Shown one piece after another: positions 8,854 to 16,878 of a stretch of 38,396 nucleotides of DNA (positions are counted from its first letter, which is position 1; every line of letters begins with the position of its first letter). The notes under the pieces are model-generated. The model was not told where the DNA came from, did no database searches, and was given only the letters and a program-made list of their open reading frames with translations. This DNA is from an uncultured Campylobacterales bacterium (GTDB lineage Bacteria; Campylobacterota_A; Desulfurellia; JAADFJ01), in the NCBI GenBank assembly GCA_964487285.1, contig CAZAPZ010000002.1, forward strand, positions 1 through 38,396, in the 5' to 3' direction. A program made the translations under genes and the position numbers.

Positions 8854-9705
8854 TTAGATAATTGCTTGTGCAAATTGTTTTGCATCAAAAGTTTTAAGAT
8901 CTTCTATCGTTTCGCCAAATCCTATATATCTTATAGGAATTTTTAACTCCTTTGCTATCTGTAAAATTATTCCTCCTTTTGAAGTTCCATCAAGCTTAGT
9001 TACAACAATCCCCGTAATGCCCAATGCCTCATTAAATTTCTCAGCCTGCACAAGACTATTTTGACCAATTGTACTATCTAATACAAGTATAATTTCATGA
9101 GGGGCATCCGTTACTATCTTTTTAATAACCCTTTTCATTTTTACAAGCTCTCTTGTTAGATTGTCATTTGTATGAAGTCTTCCAGCCGTATCAATCATAA
9201 CTATATCGTCATTTCTCGATTTTGCAGATGCGCATGCATCATACGCAACCGATGTTGAGTCGCTTCCCGACTTCTGTTTTACCAGCCTTGCATCCGATCG
9301 CTTTGCCCATATTTCGAGCTGGTCAATAGCAGCGGCTCTGTATGTATCACCTGCAGCCATTACAACCGATCTACCTGACTGATTGTATTGATACGCAAGC
9401 TTTCCTATTGTGGTTGTTTTTCCAGCTCCGTTTATTCCTACAAACATCATAATAAACGGTTTGCTGTAATAGCGCATGGGTTTTTCAACCGCCAAGAGCT
9501 GTTTTTCTATTATGCTTCTTGCCGTCTCTTTCCATCTGGTTTTATCATTGCCCTTTTCTATTGCGGAGATTATCTCACCGGCAGATTCAAATCCAAAATC
9601 GGCAGCAAGCAATTTTTCTTCGAGAAGTTCGGAATCAAATTTCTCAATGCCGATAACAGACCTGGTTTTTGATAAGCTCTGTTTAATTTTGTTCCATAAT
9701 GACAT
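8854..9705 (-). CDS. ftsY: Signal recognition particle receptor FtsY (NG domain only, no acidic A domain)
   Basis: 283 aa. GINGAGKTTTIGKLA (G1), DTAGRLH (G3), TKLDGTSKGG (G4). Confidence 0.9.
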   Translation of the reverse strand: MSLWNKIKQSLSKTRSVIGIEKFDSELLEEKLLAADFGFESAGEIISAIEKGNDKTRWKETARSIIEKQLLAVEKPMRYYSKPFIMMFVGINGAGKTTTIGKLAYQYNQSGRSVVMAAGDTYRAAAIDQLEIWAKRSDARLVKQKSGSDSTSVAYDACASAKSRNDDIVMIDTAGRLHTNDNLTRELVKMKRVIKKIVTDAPHEIILVLDSTIGQNSLVQAEKFNEALGITGIVVTKLDGTSKGGIILQIAKELKIPIRYIGFGETIEDLKTFDAKQFAQAII

Positions 9706-9919
9706 ATTATACGCCTTGTTGTTTAGGAAAATTTTTCATTTATAGTGAAAAATCTACCATAAAATTTCAATAAGTCAAGAAAGATAAAATTTTAATTAAA
9801 CAGCGAATTAAAAAAGATTGGGCTAAATTCTTGTTTCTGTAAAAACATTTTGTCTCTTTTTTCTCACTTATTTTAACTATAGAATAGTTTTTGCTTGTTA
9901 ATTGAGTAAGGAGATAAAC

Positions 9920-10645
9920 ATGAAACAAAAAATAATTTTGTTGTTTTCTGTAATATTATTATTTGCAGGATGCGCTGTACATCAGCCCGCTAAGCTGAAC
10001 TACAATGCCCAGCCGCATTTAGTTCAACATAAGCAACATATTTCTCAGCACAGAGGATCGCTTTTCAGCAGCAGAGGATCGCTTTTCAGCGATATAAAGG
10101 CTCATAACATAGGCGATCTTGTAACAATAGTAGTTGATGAATCAGCATCATCATTAAATAATGCAGCTCTCCAAAATTCCAAGAAATACAATAGCGGATT
10201 AACTTTGCACAAAATGTTTGGACTAGAATCAAAGATATGGCGTGCAGCCGATGTAAACCCATCGGGAATTTATAAAGGCTATTCCGTACCAAAATCAGGC
10301 GATAGCAACAATCTTCTTGACATCGGCAGTCAGTCTGGATTCAAAGGATCTGCTAAAAATAGTAGAACAAACGAGCTTAATGCAAAAATAGAAGCCCGCA
10401 TAGTGAGCATCCTTCCAAACAATATTTTCAAAATTCAAGGTAAAAAAATAGTTAATTCAGACGGTGAAACTCATATTTTGATTGTGTCAGGGCTGGTGAG
10501 AAGCTCGGATATAGCAAGCGACAATAGCATAGGTTCAGAGTATATTGCAGATGAAATAGTCACGTATGATGGAAAAGGAGTTGTAACAAATGGCGAGAAA
10601 AAAGGGTTTTTGGCAAGTCTTCTTGCTGCTATTCTTCCTTTTTAG
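9920..10645 (+). CDS. flgH: Flagellar L-ring lipoprotein FlgH
   Basis: Lipobox LLFAGC, GSLF...DIKAHNIGDLVTIVVDE, C-terminal ...GFLASLLAAILPF. The ATG at 9920 lies 6 nt after AAGGAG, so I prefer it to the track's TTG at 9902. Confidence 0.9.
   Translation: MKQKIILLFSVILLFAGCAVHQPAKLNYNAQPHLVQHKQHISQHRGSLFSSRGSLFSDIKAHNIGDLVTIVVDESASSLNNAALQNSKKYNSGLTLHKMFGLESKIWRAADVNPSGIYKGYSVPKSGDSNNLLDIGSQSGFKGSAKNSRTNELNAKIEARIVSILPNNIFKIQGKKIVNSDGETHILIVSGLVRSSDIASDNSIGSEYIADEIVTYDGKGVVTNGEKKGFLASLLAAILPF
10051..10093 (+). repeat. Perfectly in-frame 21 bp tandem duplication inside flgH
   Basis: CAGAGGATCGCTTTTCAGC occurs at 10051-10069 and again at 10072-10090. This encodes RGSLFSS-RGSLFSD. Confidence 0.95.
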
Positions 10646-11717
10646 CAGTAGTTTATTAAGTTCTAACTGCTATGGAGTAAAAATTGGGAATATAAGTTCG
10701 GTAGAAGGAGTAAGAGATAACCAGCTTATTGGATACGGGCTTGTTGTAGGATTAGATGGAACAGGCGATGGGACAAACTCAAAATTTACCATTTTTTCTA
10801 TGGTTAACATACTAAAAAGAATGGGAATAATACTTCCTCAAGCGGATATACGATCTCTACAGCCTAAAAATATTGCCGCAGTCATGATTACGGCAATAGT
10901 TCCGCCTTTTGCTCGAAACGGACAAAAGATTGATGTTACGGTTTCGTCTATCGGTGATGCTAAAAGCCTGCAGGGAGGTGTACTGCTTCAAACCGCATTA
11001 AAAGCTGCAAACGGTAAAATTTATGCGGCAGCTCAAGGAGCTATATCAATAGGCGGATTTAACTTTGGCGGCGGCGGTGGTTCAACACAAAAAAATCATC
11101 CGACGGTAGGTCGAATTCCATCAGGGGCAATTGTTGAAAATTCAGTAAACAGCAGCATGCTTGATAATAATAAAAAACTGCATCTGCTTCTTGATAAACC
11201 TGATTTTACCACAGCAAGCAATGTGTCTAACGCAATAAACGGTTCGTTTGGTTCGCACATTGCAAAAGCTGCAAATCCCGAAGAGATAAATGTTAGTTTA
11301 CCCGATGCGTATTCTAACAATCCCGTAGCATTTATAAGCAGAATAGAAAATATTGATGTAAAAGGACATATGATTGCAAGAGTGGTATTAGATGAAAGAA
11401 CAGGCACCGTTGTAATTGGCGGAGATGTGAGAATTATGCCTGTTGCCGTGTCTCAAGGATCACTAACGGTAACAATAACAAATAAAACTGAAGTCTCACA
11501 GCCGCTGCCTTTTTCCAAAGGAAAGACTGCAAAAGTGCCGAAAAAAACCATAAAAGTTACGGAAAAGAAAAGTCATTTTGTAGAGCTTGGAAATTCTACG
11601 GTTGCCGATTTAGTAAAGGCATTAAACGCCATGGGCGCAACTCCGCGTGATATGATGGCTATATTTCAGGCAATATCAGCATCAGGCGCATTAGAAGCAA
11701 AACTCACTATCATATAA
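10590..11717 (+). CDS. flgI: Flagellar P-ring protein FlgI
   Basis: Signal peptide MARKKGFWQVFLLLFFLFSSS..., NQLIGYGLVVGLDGTGD, ALNAMGATPRDMMAIFQAI. AAGGAG lies 9 nt upstream of the ATG. The gene overlaps the flgH 3' end by 56 nt. Confidence 0.9.
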   Translation: MARKKGFWQVFLLLFFLFSSSLLSSNCYGVKIGNISSVEGVRDNQLIGYGLVVGLDGTGDGTNSKFTIFSMVNILKRMGIILPQADIRSLQPKNIAAVMITAIVPPFARNGQKIDVTVSSIGDAKSLQGGVLLQTALKAANGKIYAAAQGAISIGGFNFGGGGGSTQKNHPTVGRIPSGAIVENSVNSSMLDNNKKLHLLLDKPDFTTASNVSNAINGSFGSHIAKAANPEEINVSLPDAYSNNPVAFISRIENIDVKGHMIARVVLDERTGTVVIGGDVRIMPVAVSQGSLTVTITNKTEVSQPLPFSKGKTAKVPKKTIKVTEKKSHFVELGNSTVADLVKALNAMGATPRDMMAIFQAISASGALEAKLTII

Positions 11718-12454
11718 TGAGACCACTGCACAATATTAGCCATAACGGTATTAATGCTAATATATCAAAAACCAACGGCAAATCTCTCAAGGAAGCGTCA
11801 ATTGAATTTGAGGCAATTTTTGTAAGGCAGATTCTTGAGAAAATGATTCCTTCCGATCCCCTTCTCAAGGGTGCAGGCAGTTCCATTTATAGATCAATGT
11901 GGCTTAATTCGTTATCTGAACTTATGGCAAAAGATGGTAATTTTGGCATAGCAAAAATGATCGTTAAAAGCCTCAATTCAACAGAAAATAAAAATGGCGA
12001 CTTAAATGCCAATGATAAAAATAATAAGTCAAAAATCGACAAACTAATGCTCACTGCCGCTTTGAAACAAGGTTTGCCTATAAACTTGATAAAAGCGGTT
12101 GGTAAGGTAGAATCAAACTTTAACCAGAAAGCAGTGTCGCGTGCGGGCGCAATTGGCATTATGCAGCTTATGCCTGCCACTGCCAAGGAAATGGGTAGTA
12201 ATCCAAACATTTTGAAAGATAATATAAGAGGAGGAGCAGCGTATTTGAAAAAGATGCTAAATGAATTTGGAAACACCAAAATGGCATTGGCTGCATACAA
12301 CAGCGGTCCATCTGCAGTCAAATCTTATAAAGGCATTCCTCCCTATAAAGAGACTCAGAATTATGTGCATAAAGTATTAAAATATAAAAAGATCTATGAT
12401 GCTAAAGAATTTTCAAAAAAGTCCGATATAGTTAATACGGATAAGTTAATATAG
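11717..12454 (+). CDS. flgJ: FlgJ-like rod-binding domain fused to a GH23 (SLT) lytic transglycosylase domain
   Basis: The N-terminus has EASIEFEAIFVRQILEKM, the rod-binding motif. The C-terminus has KVESNFNQKAVSRAGAIGIMQLMPATA...AAYNSGPSAV, the SLT catalytic E-S, MQLMP and AYN-GP motifs. The TAATG junction overlaps the flgI stop. Confidence 0.8.
   Translation: MRPLHNISHNGINANISKTNGKSLKEASIEFEAIFVRQILEKMIPSDPLLKGAGSSIYRSMWLNSLSELMAKDGNFGIAKMIVKSLNSTENKNGDLNANDKNNKSKIDKLMLTAALKQGLPINLIKAVGKVESNFNQKAVSRAGAIGIMQLMPATAKEMGSNPNILKDNIRGGAAYLKKMLNEFGNTKMALAAYNSGPSAVKSYKGIPPYKETQNYVHKVLKYKKIYDAKEFSKKSDIVNTDKLI
12403..12429 (+). promoter_or_regulatory. Candidate sigma-28 (FliA) promoter for flgM-flgN-flgK-flgL, embedded in the 3' end of flgJ
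   Basis: TAAA (12403-12406), a 15 nt spacer, then TCCGATAT (12422-12429). The consensus is TAAA-N15-GCCGATAA, and 6 of 8 positions match in the -10 element. The site lies about 47 nt upstream of the flgM ATG. Confidence 0.4.
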
Positions 12455-12475
12455 AATAGATTAGGAGGAGTTATT

Positions 12476-12745
12476 ATGAGAATCAACGGTTTGAATCAGA
12501 TAAAATCAAACTATTTAAAGAACAAATCCAAAGTCAGTACAGATGTGCAGAAACAAGACAAAAATGAAACAGCCGCTCAAGGAAATGATAAGGTTGAAAT
12601 ATCTACCTCAGCAATGCAGACAAGAAATATTGCATTGGAAACAAACAAGTTTAACCTGCGAATCGATGACTTAAAAACTGCGATAGAAAATGGGAAATAT
12701 ACGATTAATACGGATAAAATCGCCCGGCTGCTAATTGAAAAATGA
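12476..12745 (+). CDS. flgM: Anti-sigma-28 factor FlgM
   Basis: 89 aa. DKVEISTSA... and C-terminal LKTAIENGKYTINTDKIARLLI match the FlgM sigma-binding helices. AGGAGG lies upstream. Confidence 0.85.
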   Translation: MRINGLNQIKSNYLKNKSKVSTDVQKQDKNETAAQGNDKVEISTSAMQTRNIALETNKFNLRIDDLKTAIENGKYTINTDKIARLLIEK

Positions 12746-13140
12746 ATACTTCTCAGATAAGAGTTACGCTTAAAAATATTTATGATATTTATGAAAACTT
12801 AATACAATTTGTGCGTGATGCAGAGAAGCATATCGTATCAGGCAAAGGTTCTGTTGATTTTTCGCAAATAGCAGCTGCAAAAGAGGAGCTTAAAAAACTC
12901 GTTTTTTCTCTCAAGTCTTTTTCAGATTATTCTATTTTAAAAGAGAGCAGTTTATCCGGTGAATTGTCAAGATTAAGGGGTAGAATCGATCTTTATAACA
13001 GGCTGAAAGATGATTTTATTCAACTTTCTATTGACAGTATGCAATTTTATAACGATCTGATCGATATTGACAGAGCATTGTATAATCAAAATGGAAAAAT
13101 TAGATCAAATTTGCCTAATACGGTTTTAGTGAGGGCGTAA
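12742..13140 (+). CDS. flgN: FlgN-like export chaperone for FlgK/FlgL
   Basis: 132 aa, predicted helical. Its position between flgM and flgK and the ATGA/TAATG overlaps at both ends support the call. Family similarity judged by eye is weak. Confidence 0.55.
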   Translation: MNTSQIRVTLKNIYDIYENLIQFVRDAEKHIVSGKGSVDFSQIAAAKEELKKLVFSLKSFSDYSILKESSLSGELSRLRGRIDLYNRLKDDFIQLSIDSMQFYNDLIDIDRALYNQNGKIRSNLPNTVLVRA

Positions 13141-14843
13141 TGAGCGGATTGTTTGACGGGCTTTCAATCGGTTTATCAGGCCTAAATGCAAGTCAAACAT
13201 CACTCAATACAACAGAAAACAATATTGCAAATGCCAATACGCCGGGCTACAGTACTCAAGCAGTCAACCTTGCAGAAGCACCTTCTGCACTGGATATACC
13301 CGGCACAAGAGGAAGAGGCGTTGCTATAACTTCAATTACATCTTCAAGAGACGATCTTCTTGAAAAGCGTCTGCGCAATTCAAGCTCGCTTTTAACTTTT
13401 TACAAAACTACTTCGAATTGGTTAAGCCAGGTCGAAACACTCGTTAACGAGCCCGCAGGATCAGGCTTAGACAGTTCCCTGAACAATTTTTTTAGTTCAT
13501 TTAACGATCTCTCCACCGATCCATCATCGGAAACTGCGAGAAGCAATGCGGCCAATAATGCAAAGACGCTGGCGGAATCTTTTAAACAGATTGATAGTAG
13601 CTTATCTGATATGTTAACTCAAGGCGATAGCGAGCTATCGCAAAATATTGATAAGGCTAACCAGCTCATCAGCTCCATTGCTCACATTGACGGCAATATT
13701 TCAAATGCAGAATTAGGCGGAATAGATAGGGCAAATAGTCTCAGAGATAAAAGGGGCGAATTAGTTAAGCAGCTGTCCGATATTGTTCCTATAAATACTT
13801 ATGAAACAGGTTATAAATCTACAGGTCAAGCCGAATTTGCACTTCAAATCGGAGGAATGTCTGTTATAAGCGGTAAAGATTTTCATCAATTAAAAACAGC
13901 TCAAGTTGGACAGCAGAACAGACTATTTTACATAAATTCCGGTGGTTCACTCACAGACATAACCGATAGCGTGAAAAACAAGTCAACCGGATCCGTTTCT
14001 GCTCTACTTAACACGAAAGATATAATTAAAAAATATAGATCAAAACTTGATGAGATCGCAAAAGATTTGATAGATCAGGTTAACCTTGTCCATACTAAGG
14101 GAATGGGACTGACGGGATACTCATCGCTTGCAAGCACAAATCAAGTGAATTCAGCTGACGCGGTTGTTTCATCGGGCGGGCTTCCTATACCTATCACAAA
14201 AGGAAGCTTTGATGTTGTAGTTGTCGATTCAAACGGAAATCATACAACAGCAAGCATAACTATCAATGATTCATCGACTTTTAGTGATGTAAAAGACAGC
14301 CTCAGCAACATAAGCGGAATCAGTGCATACATTGGCGGAAATAATCACCTCGTGGTTCAAGCGGATACAGGCAAAAAATTCTTTTTAACAAACGACAACA
14401 CCGGATTTTTGGCATCCGTCGGTATGGGTACATTCTTCAGTGGAAATAGTGCATCAAATATGAAGTTAAACCCTGCCATAGCTAATGATTTTTCAAAAAT
14501 TGCAGCAGGGCTAACCGACAATGCAGGCGATGGACAAAATGCAGCCGCTATAGCCGGGCTTTCATCGGCACAAGTACTAAAAAACGGCACTACATCAATT
14601 ACCGAGCTTTATAATTCTCTGGTAAGCGATGTAGGTATAGACGGACAAAATTATAAATCTCTGAAGAACAATCAGCAATCTCTAACCAATCAAATAAACA
14701 CGGAAAGGGAATCGGAAAGCGGTGTTTCTCTAAATGAAGAAGCCGCTAAATTAATAAAGTTTCAAAAGGCATTTAGTGCGTCGGCTAAGTTTATTACAGT
14801 TATTGATAATTTAACAAATACCATACTGGGCATGATAACATAA
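13140..14843 (+). CDS. flgK: Flagellar hook-associated protein 1, FlgK
   Basis: 567 aa. The N-terminus GLSIGLSGLNASQTSLNTTENNIANANTPGYS and the C-terminus GVSLNEEAAKLIKFQKAFSASAKFITVIDNL are canonical FlgK termini. Confidence 0.9.
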   Translation: MSGLFDGLSIGLSGLNASQTSLNTTENNIANANTPGYSTQAVNLAEAPSALDIPGTRGRGVAITSITSSRDDLLEKRLRNSSSLLTFYKTTSNWLSQVETLVNEPAGSGLDSSLNNFFSSFNDLSTDPSSETARSNAANNAKTLAESFKQIDSSLSDMLTQGDSELSQNIDKANQLISSIAHIDGNISNAELGGIDRANSLRDKRGELVKQLSDIVPINTYETGYKSTGQAEFALQIGGMSVISGKDFHQLKTAQVGQQNRLFYINSGGSLTDITDSVKNKSTGSVSALLNTKDIIKKYRSKLDEIAKDLIDQVNLVHTKGMGLTGYSSLASTNQVNSADAVVSSGGLPIPITKGSFDVVVVDSNGNHTTASITINDSSTFSDVKDSLSNISGISAYIGGNNHLVVQADTGKKFFLTNDNTGFLASVGMGTFFSGNSASNMKLNPAIANDFSKIAAGLTDNAGDGQNAAAIAGLSSAQVLKNGTTSITELYNSLVSDVGIDGQNYKSLKNNQQSLTNQINTERESESGVSLNEEAAKLIKFQKAFSASAKFITVIDNLTNTILGMIT

Positions 14844-16822
14844 TGAGAATAACCGAAGGGATGATTTATAACAACTTCCTTTCTAACATTAACAAAATAG
14901 ATGAGCAGATAAATAGTGTAAATAATGAAATTGCTACAGGAAGAAAAATCTTATCACCATCGTCAGATCCTTTAAGTTTGACAAAAGCGCTCAATATAAA
15001 CAGCGAATTAAACATGTTCAGCAGTTATACCAAGAATATAAATACATCGGTCAGCAATCTTAATGCTGCGGACAGCAGTCTTCAGAATGCAAGTAACGAA
15101 CTTATGAATATCAAAAATTTGGCTATACAAGGCGCAAACGGCACAAATGACCCGAATAGCTACAATGCTTTGGCAGACAATGTTAACCAGGAACTTGAGT
15201 TATTGAAAAATATAGCAAACTCAAGTTTTGACGGAAAATATATTTTTAGCGGAACAAAAAGTGATAAACCTGCAATTGCAGCTGAAAATCAATCGGCGGC
15301 TTTTGTATCAAACACCGGTACATTGCCAACAGGTGCTCAGATATCGATTTCAAAACAGTTTGCAGATCTTTATCAGCTTGCAGACGGAAAATATACAATA
15401 TCTTTTGACAGCACGAACTCAGAAATTTCTTTAACGGATTCAAATGGAAATACAATCAATATCGATGGAAACGGAAGAGATACTTCCATGACCGATCACA
15501 ATGATCTCGTCTCCGCAGCCGCTGTAAATAATACAAAGCCGATAACCTATGATACCGGTTTAGGCGTAAAACTTACCTCATCAGTGAAACCAACTGCTGA
15601 TTTTTCAATAACATTTGATTATAAAAAAGGTGGTAATTTTCTTTATCAAGGCAACAATACGGCCATGCAGGCTGCCATAGGCAAAGGGCTGAATCTTTCG
15701 TTTACCGTAACAGGGGCAGAAACATTTAAACCGATAAAACAATCGCTGGGTTCGTTTAATCAGCTTACCAATATTTCAACCGGCAAAACAGCAACCAAGA
15801 GTACGAAACTTACCAATCTGAGATTTGGAAATAACCTTATTTCCGATCCTTCAACAATCAGCTTTTCCGGCGCAGATCACACAGGTATTGATATTAGCAG
15901 TCCTATTCCTAACGGATTAGACTCGAATTCAACTGTTTCCGATTTACTAACTGCCATTGAGAAAAGCTACGGAAACAGCGTTACTGCAGATTTTCAAGAT
16001 GGCGAAATTGTCCTAACCGATAAAAGAGGAGGAAAAAGTCAATTTGAATTTGGATTTACCGATACATCATCAGGTACACCAAATCAAAACCTTTTCGGTA
16101 ATTTTCAGACAGAAACATCCGGAAGAGGCTACGATCTGTTTAGAATCGGAAGCGATCTTAAAGATGCCTTAAAAAACAATAATCAATTAGGTGTTGTCGG
16201 TACGGCTTCAGATTGGGCATCAGGTTCAACGGTTACAAAGACAATGAGTGGTATCTATGATGGTGGGGCAGATGATAAATGGACATTTACTTCCAAAGCC
16301 GGCGGAACTATTCCTCCAACCACAGGCACAACAACAATCAAAATAACCGATAACAACAATAATCCGGTTGCTATTATTGATTTTACAGCAAGCTCAACAA
16401 CAGTTAAAGATAAAGACGGCAATACACTTTCCACTACTTCCGCTGCGTATAGCAACGGGGACATTTTGCAACTTCCTCATGGAGTTAATGTTTCTTTTTC
16501 AACAGGCGCCATTACATCGGGTGATAGTTTTAGTGTTAATCTCGCCAATAAAGTCCAATCTTCTATCGGACTTATTGACAAATACTCAGCTCAGTTGGAA
16601 AGCAGCCTTTCAAAAGTCGGCAGCTTGACAAATAGAGGCGAAGCTCAAAAAACTCGTATGTCCGCCCTCACTATTTCTGATAAAACAGAGAAATCGTCTT
16701 TGATGGATGCTGATTACGCTTCTGTCATTTCTCAATATAAACAGCTCCAGATTATATTACAGGCTACTTTGTCAAGTATGGCTCAGATTAATCAGCTTAA
16801 TTTATTTAATTTTATTAAATAA
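14843..16822 (+). CDS. flgL: Flagellar hook-associated protein 3, FlgL, with a large central insertion
   Basis: 659 aa. It has a flagellin-like N-terminus (MRITEGMIYNNFLSNI...ATGRKILSPSDPL) and C-terminus (DADYASVISQYKQLQIILQATLSSMAQINQLNLFNFIK). The ~400 aa middle is Thr/Ser/Asn/Gly-rich. Confidence 0.85.
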   Translation: MRITEGMIYNNFLSNINKIDEQINSVNNEIATGRKILSPSSDPLSLTKALNINSELNMFSSYTKNINTSVSNLNAADSSLQNASNELMNIKNLAIQGANGTNDPNSYNALADNVNQELELLKNIANSSFDGKYIFSGTKSDKPAIAAENQSAAFVSNTGTLPTGAQISISKQFADLYQLADGKYTISFDSTNSEISLTDSNGNTINIDGNGRDTSMTDHNDLVSAAAVNNTKPITYDTGLGVKLTSSVKPTADFSITFDYKKGGNFLYQGNNTAMQAAIGKGLNLSFTVTGAETFKPIKQSLGSFNQLTNISTGKTATKSTKLTNLRFGNNLISDPSTISFSGADHTGIDISSPIPNGLDSNSTVSDLLTAIEKSYGNSVTADFQDGEIVLTDKRGGKSQFEFGFTDTSSGTPNQNLFGNFQTETSGRGYDLFRIGSDLKDALKNNNQLGVVGTASDWASGSTVTKTMSGIYDGGADDKWTFTSKAGGTIPPTTGTTTIKITDNNNNPVAIIDFTASSTTVKDKDGNTLSTTSAAYSNGDILQLPHGVNVSFSTGAITSGDSFSVNLANKVQSSIGLIDKYSAQLESSLSKVGSLTNRGEAQKTRMSALTISDKTEKSSLMDADYASVISQYKQLQIILQATLSSMAQINQLNLFNFIK

Positions 16823-16878
16823 CCTTGCCTTACGCACTCTTTTTTCAGATTCAAATACTTAAAATAAGACTTCACAAA

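Noticed and set aside
9818-9835. Sigma-54-like element TTGGGCTAAATTCTTGTT upstream of flgH
   Set aside because: GG and TTG are spaced roughly correctly. However, the -24 box reads GGGCT instead of TGGCAC, and the -12 box reads TTGT instead of TTGC. That is too degenerate to call without a genome-wide consensus.
11887-12321. 144 aa ORF on the - strand (similar shadow ORFs lie at 1622-1996, 2154-2513, 3663-4016, 25371-25778, 27349-27693 and 30171-30545)
   Set aside because: All are antisense to genes with clear family motifs (flgJ, the OFOR subunits, polA, ispD, recG). None shows a recognisable domain or translation signals.
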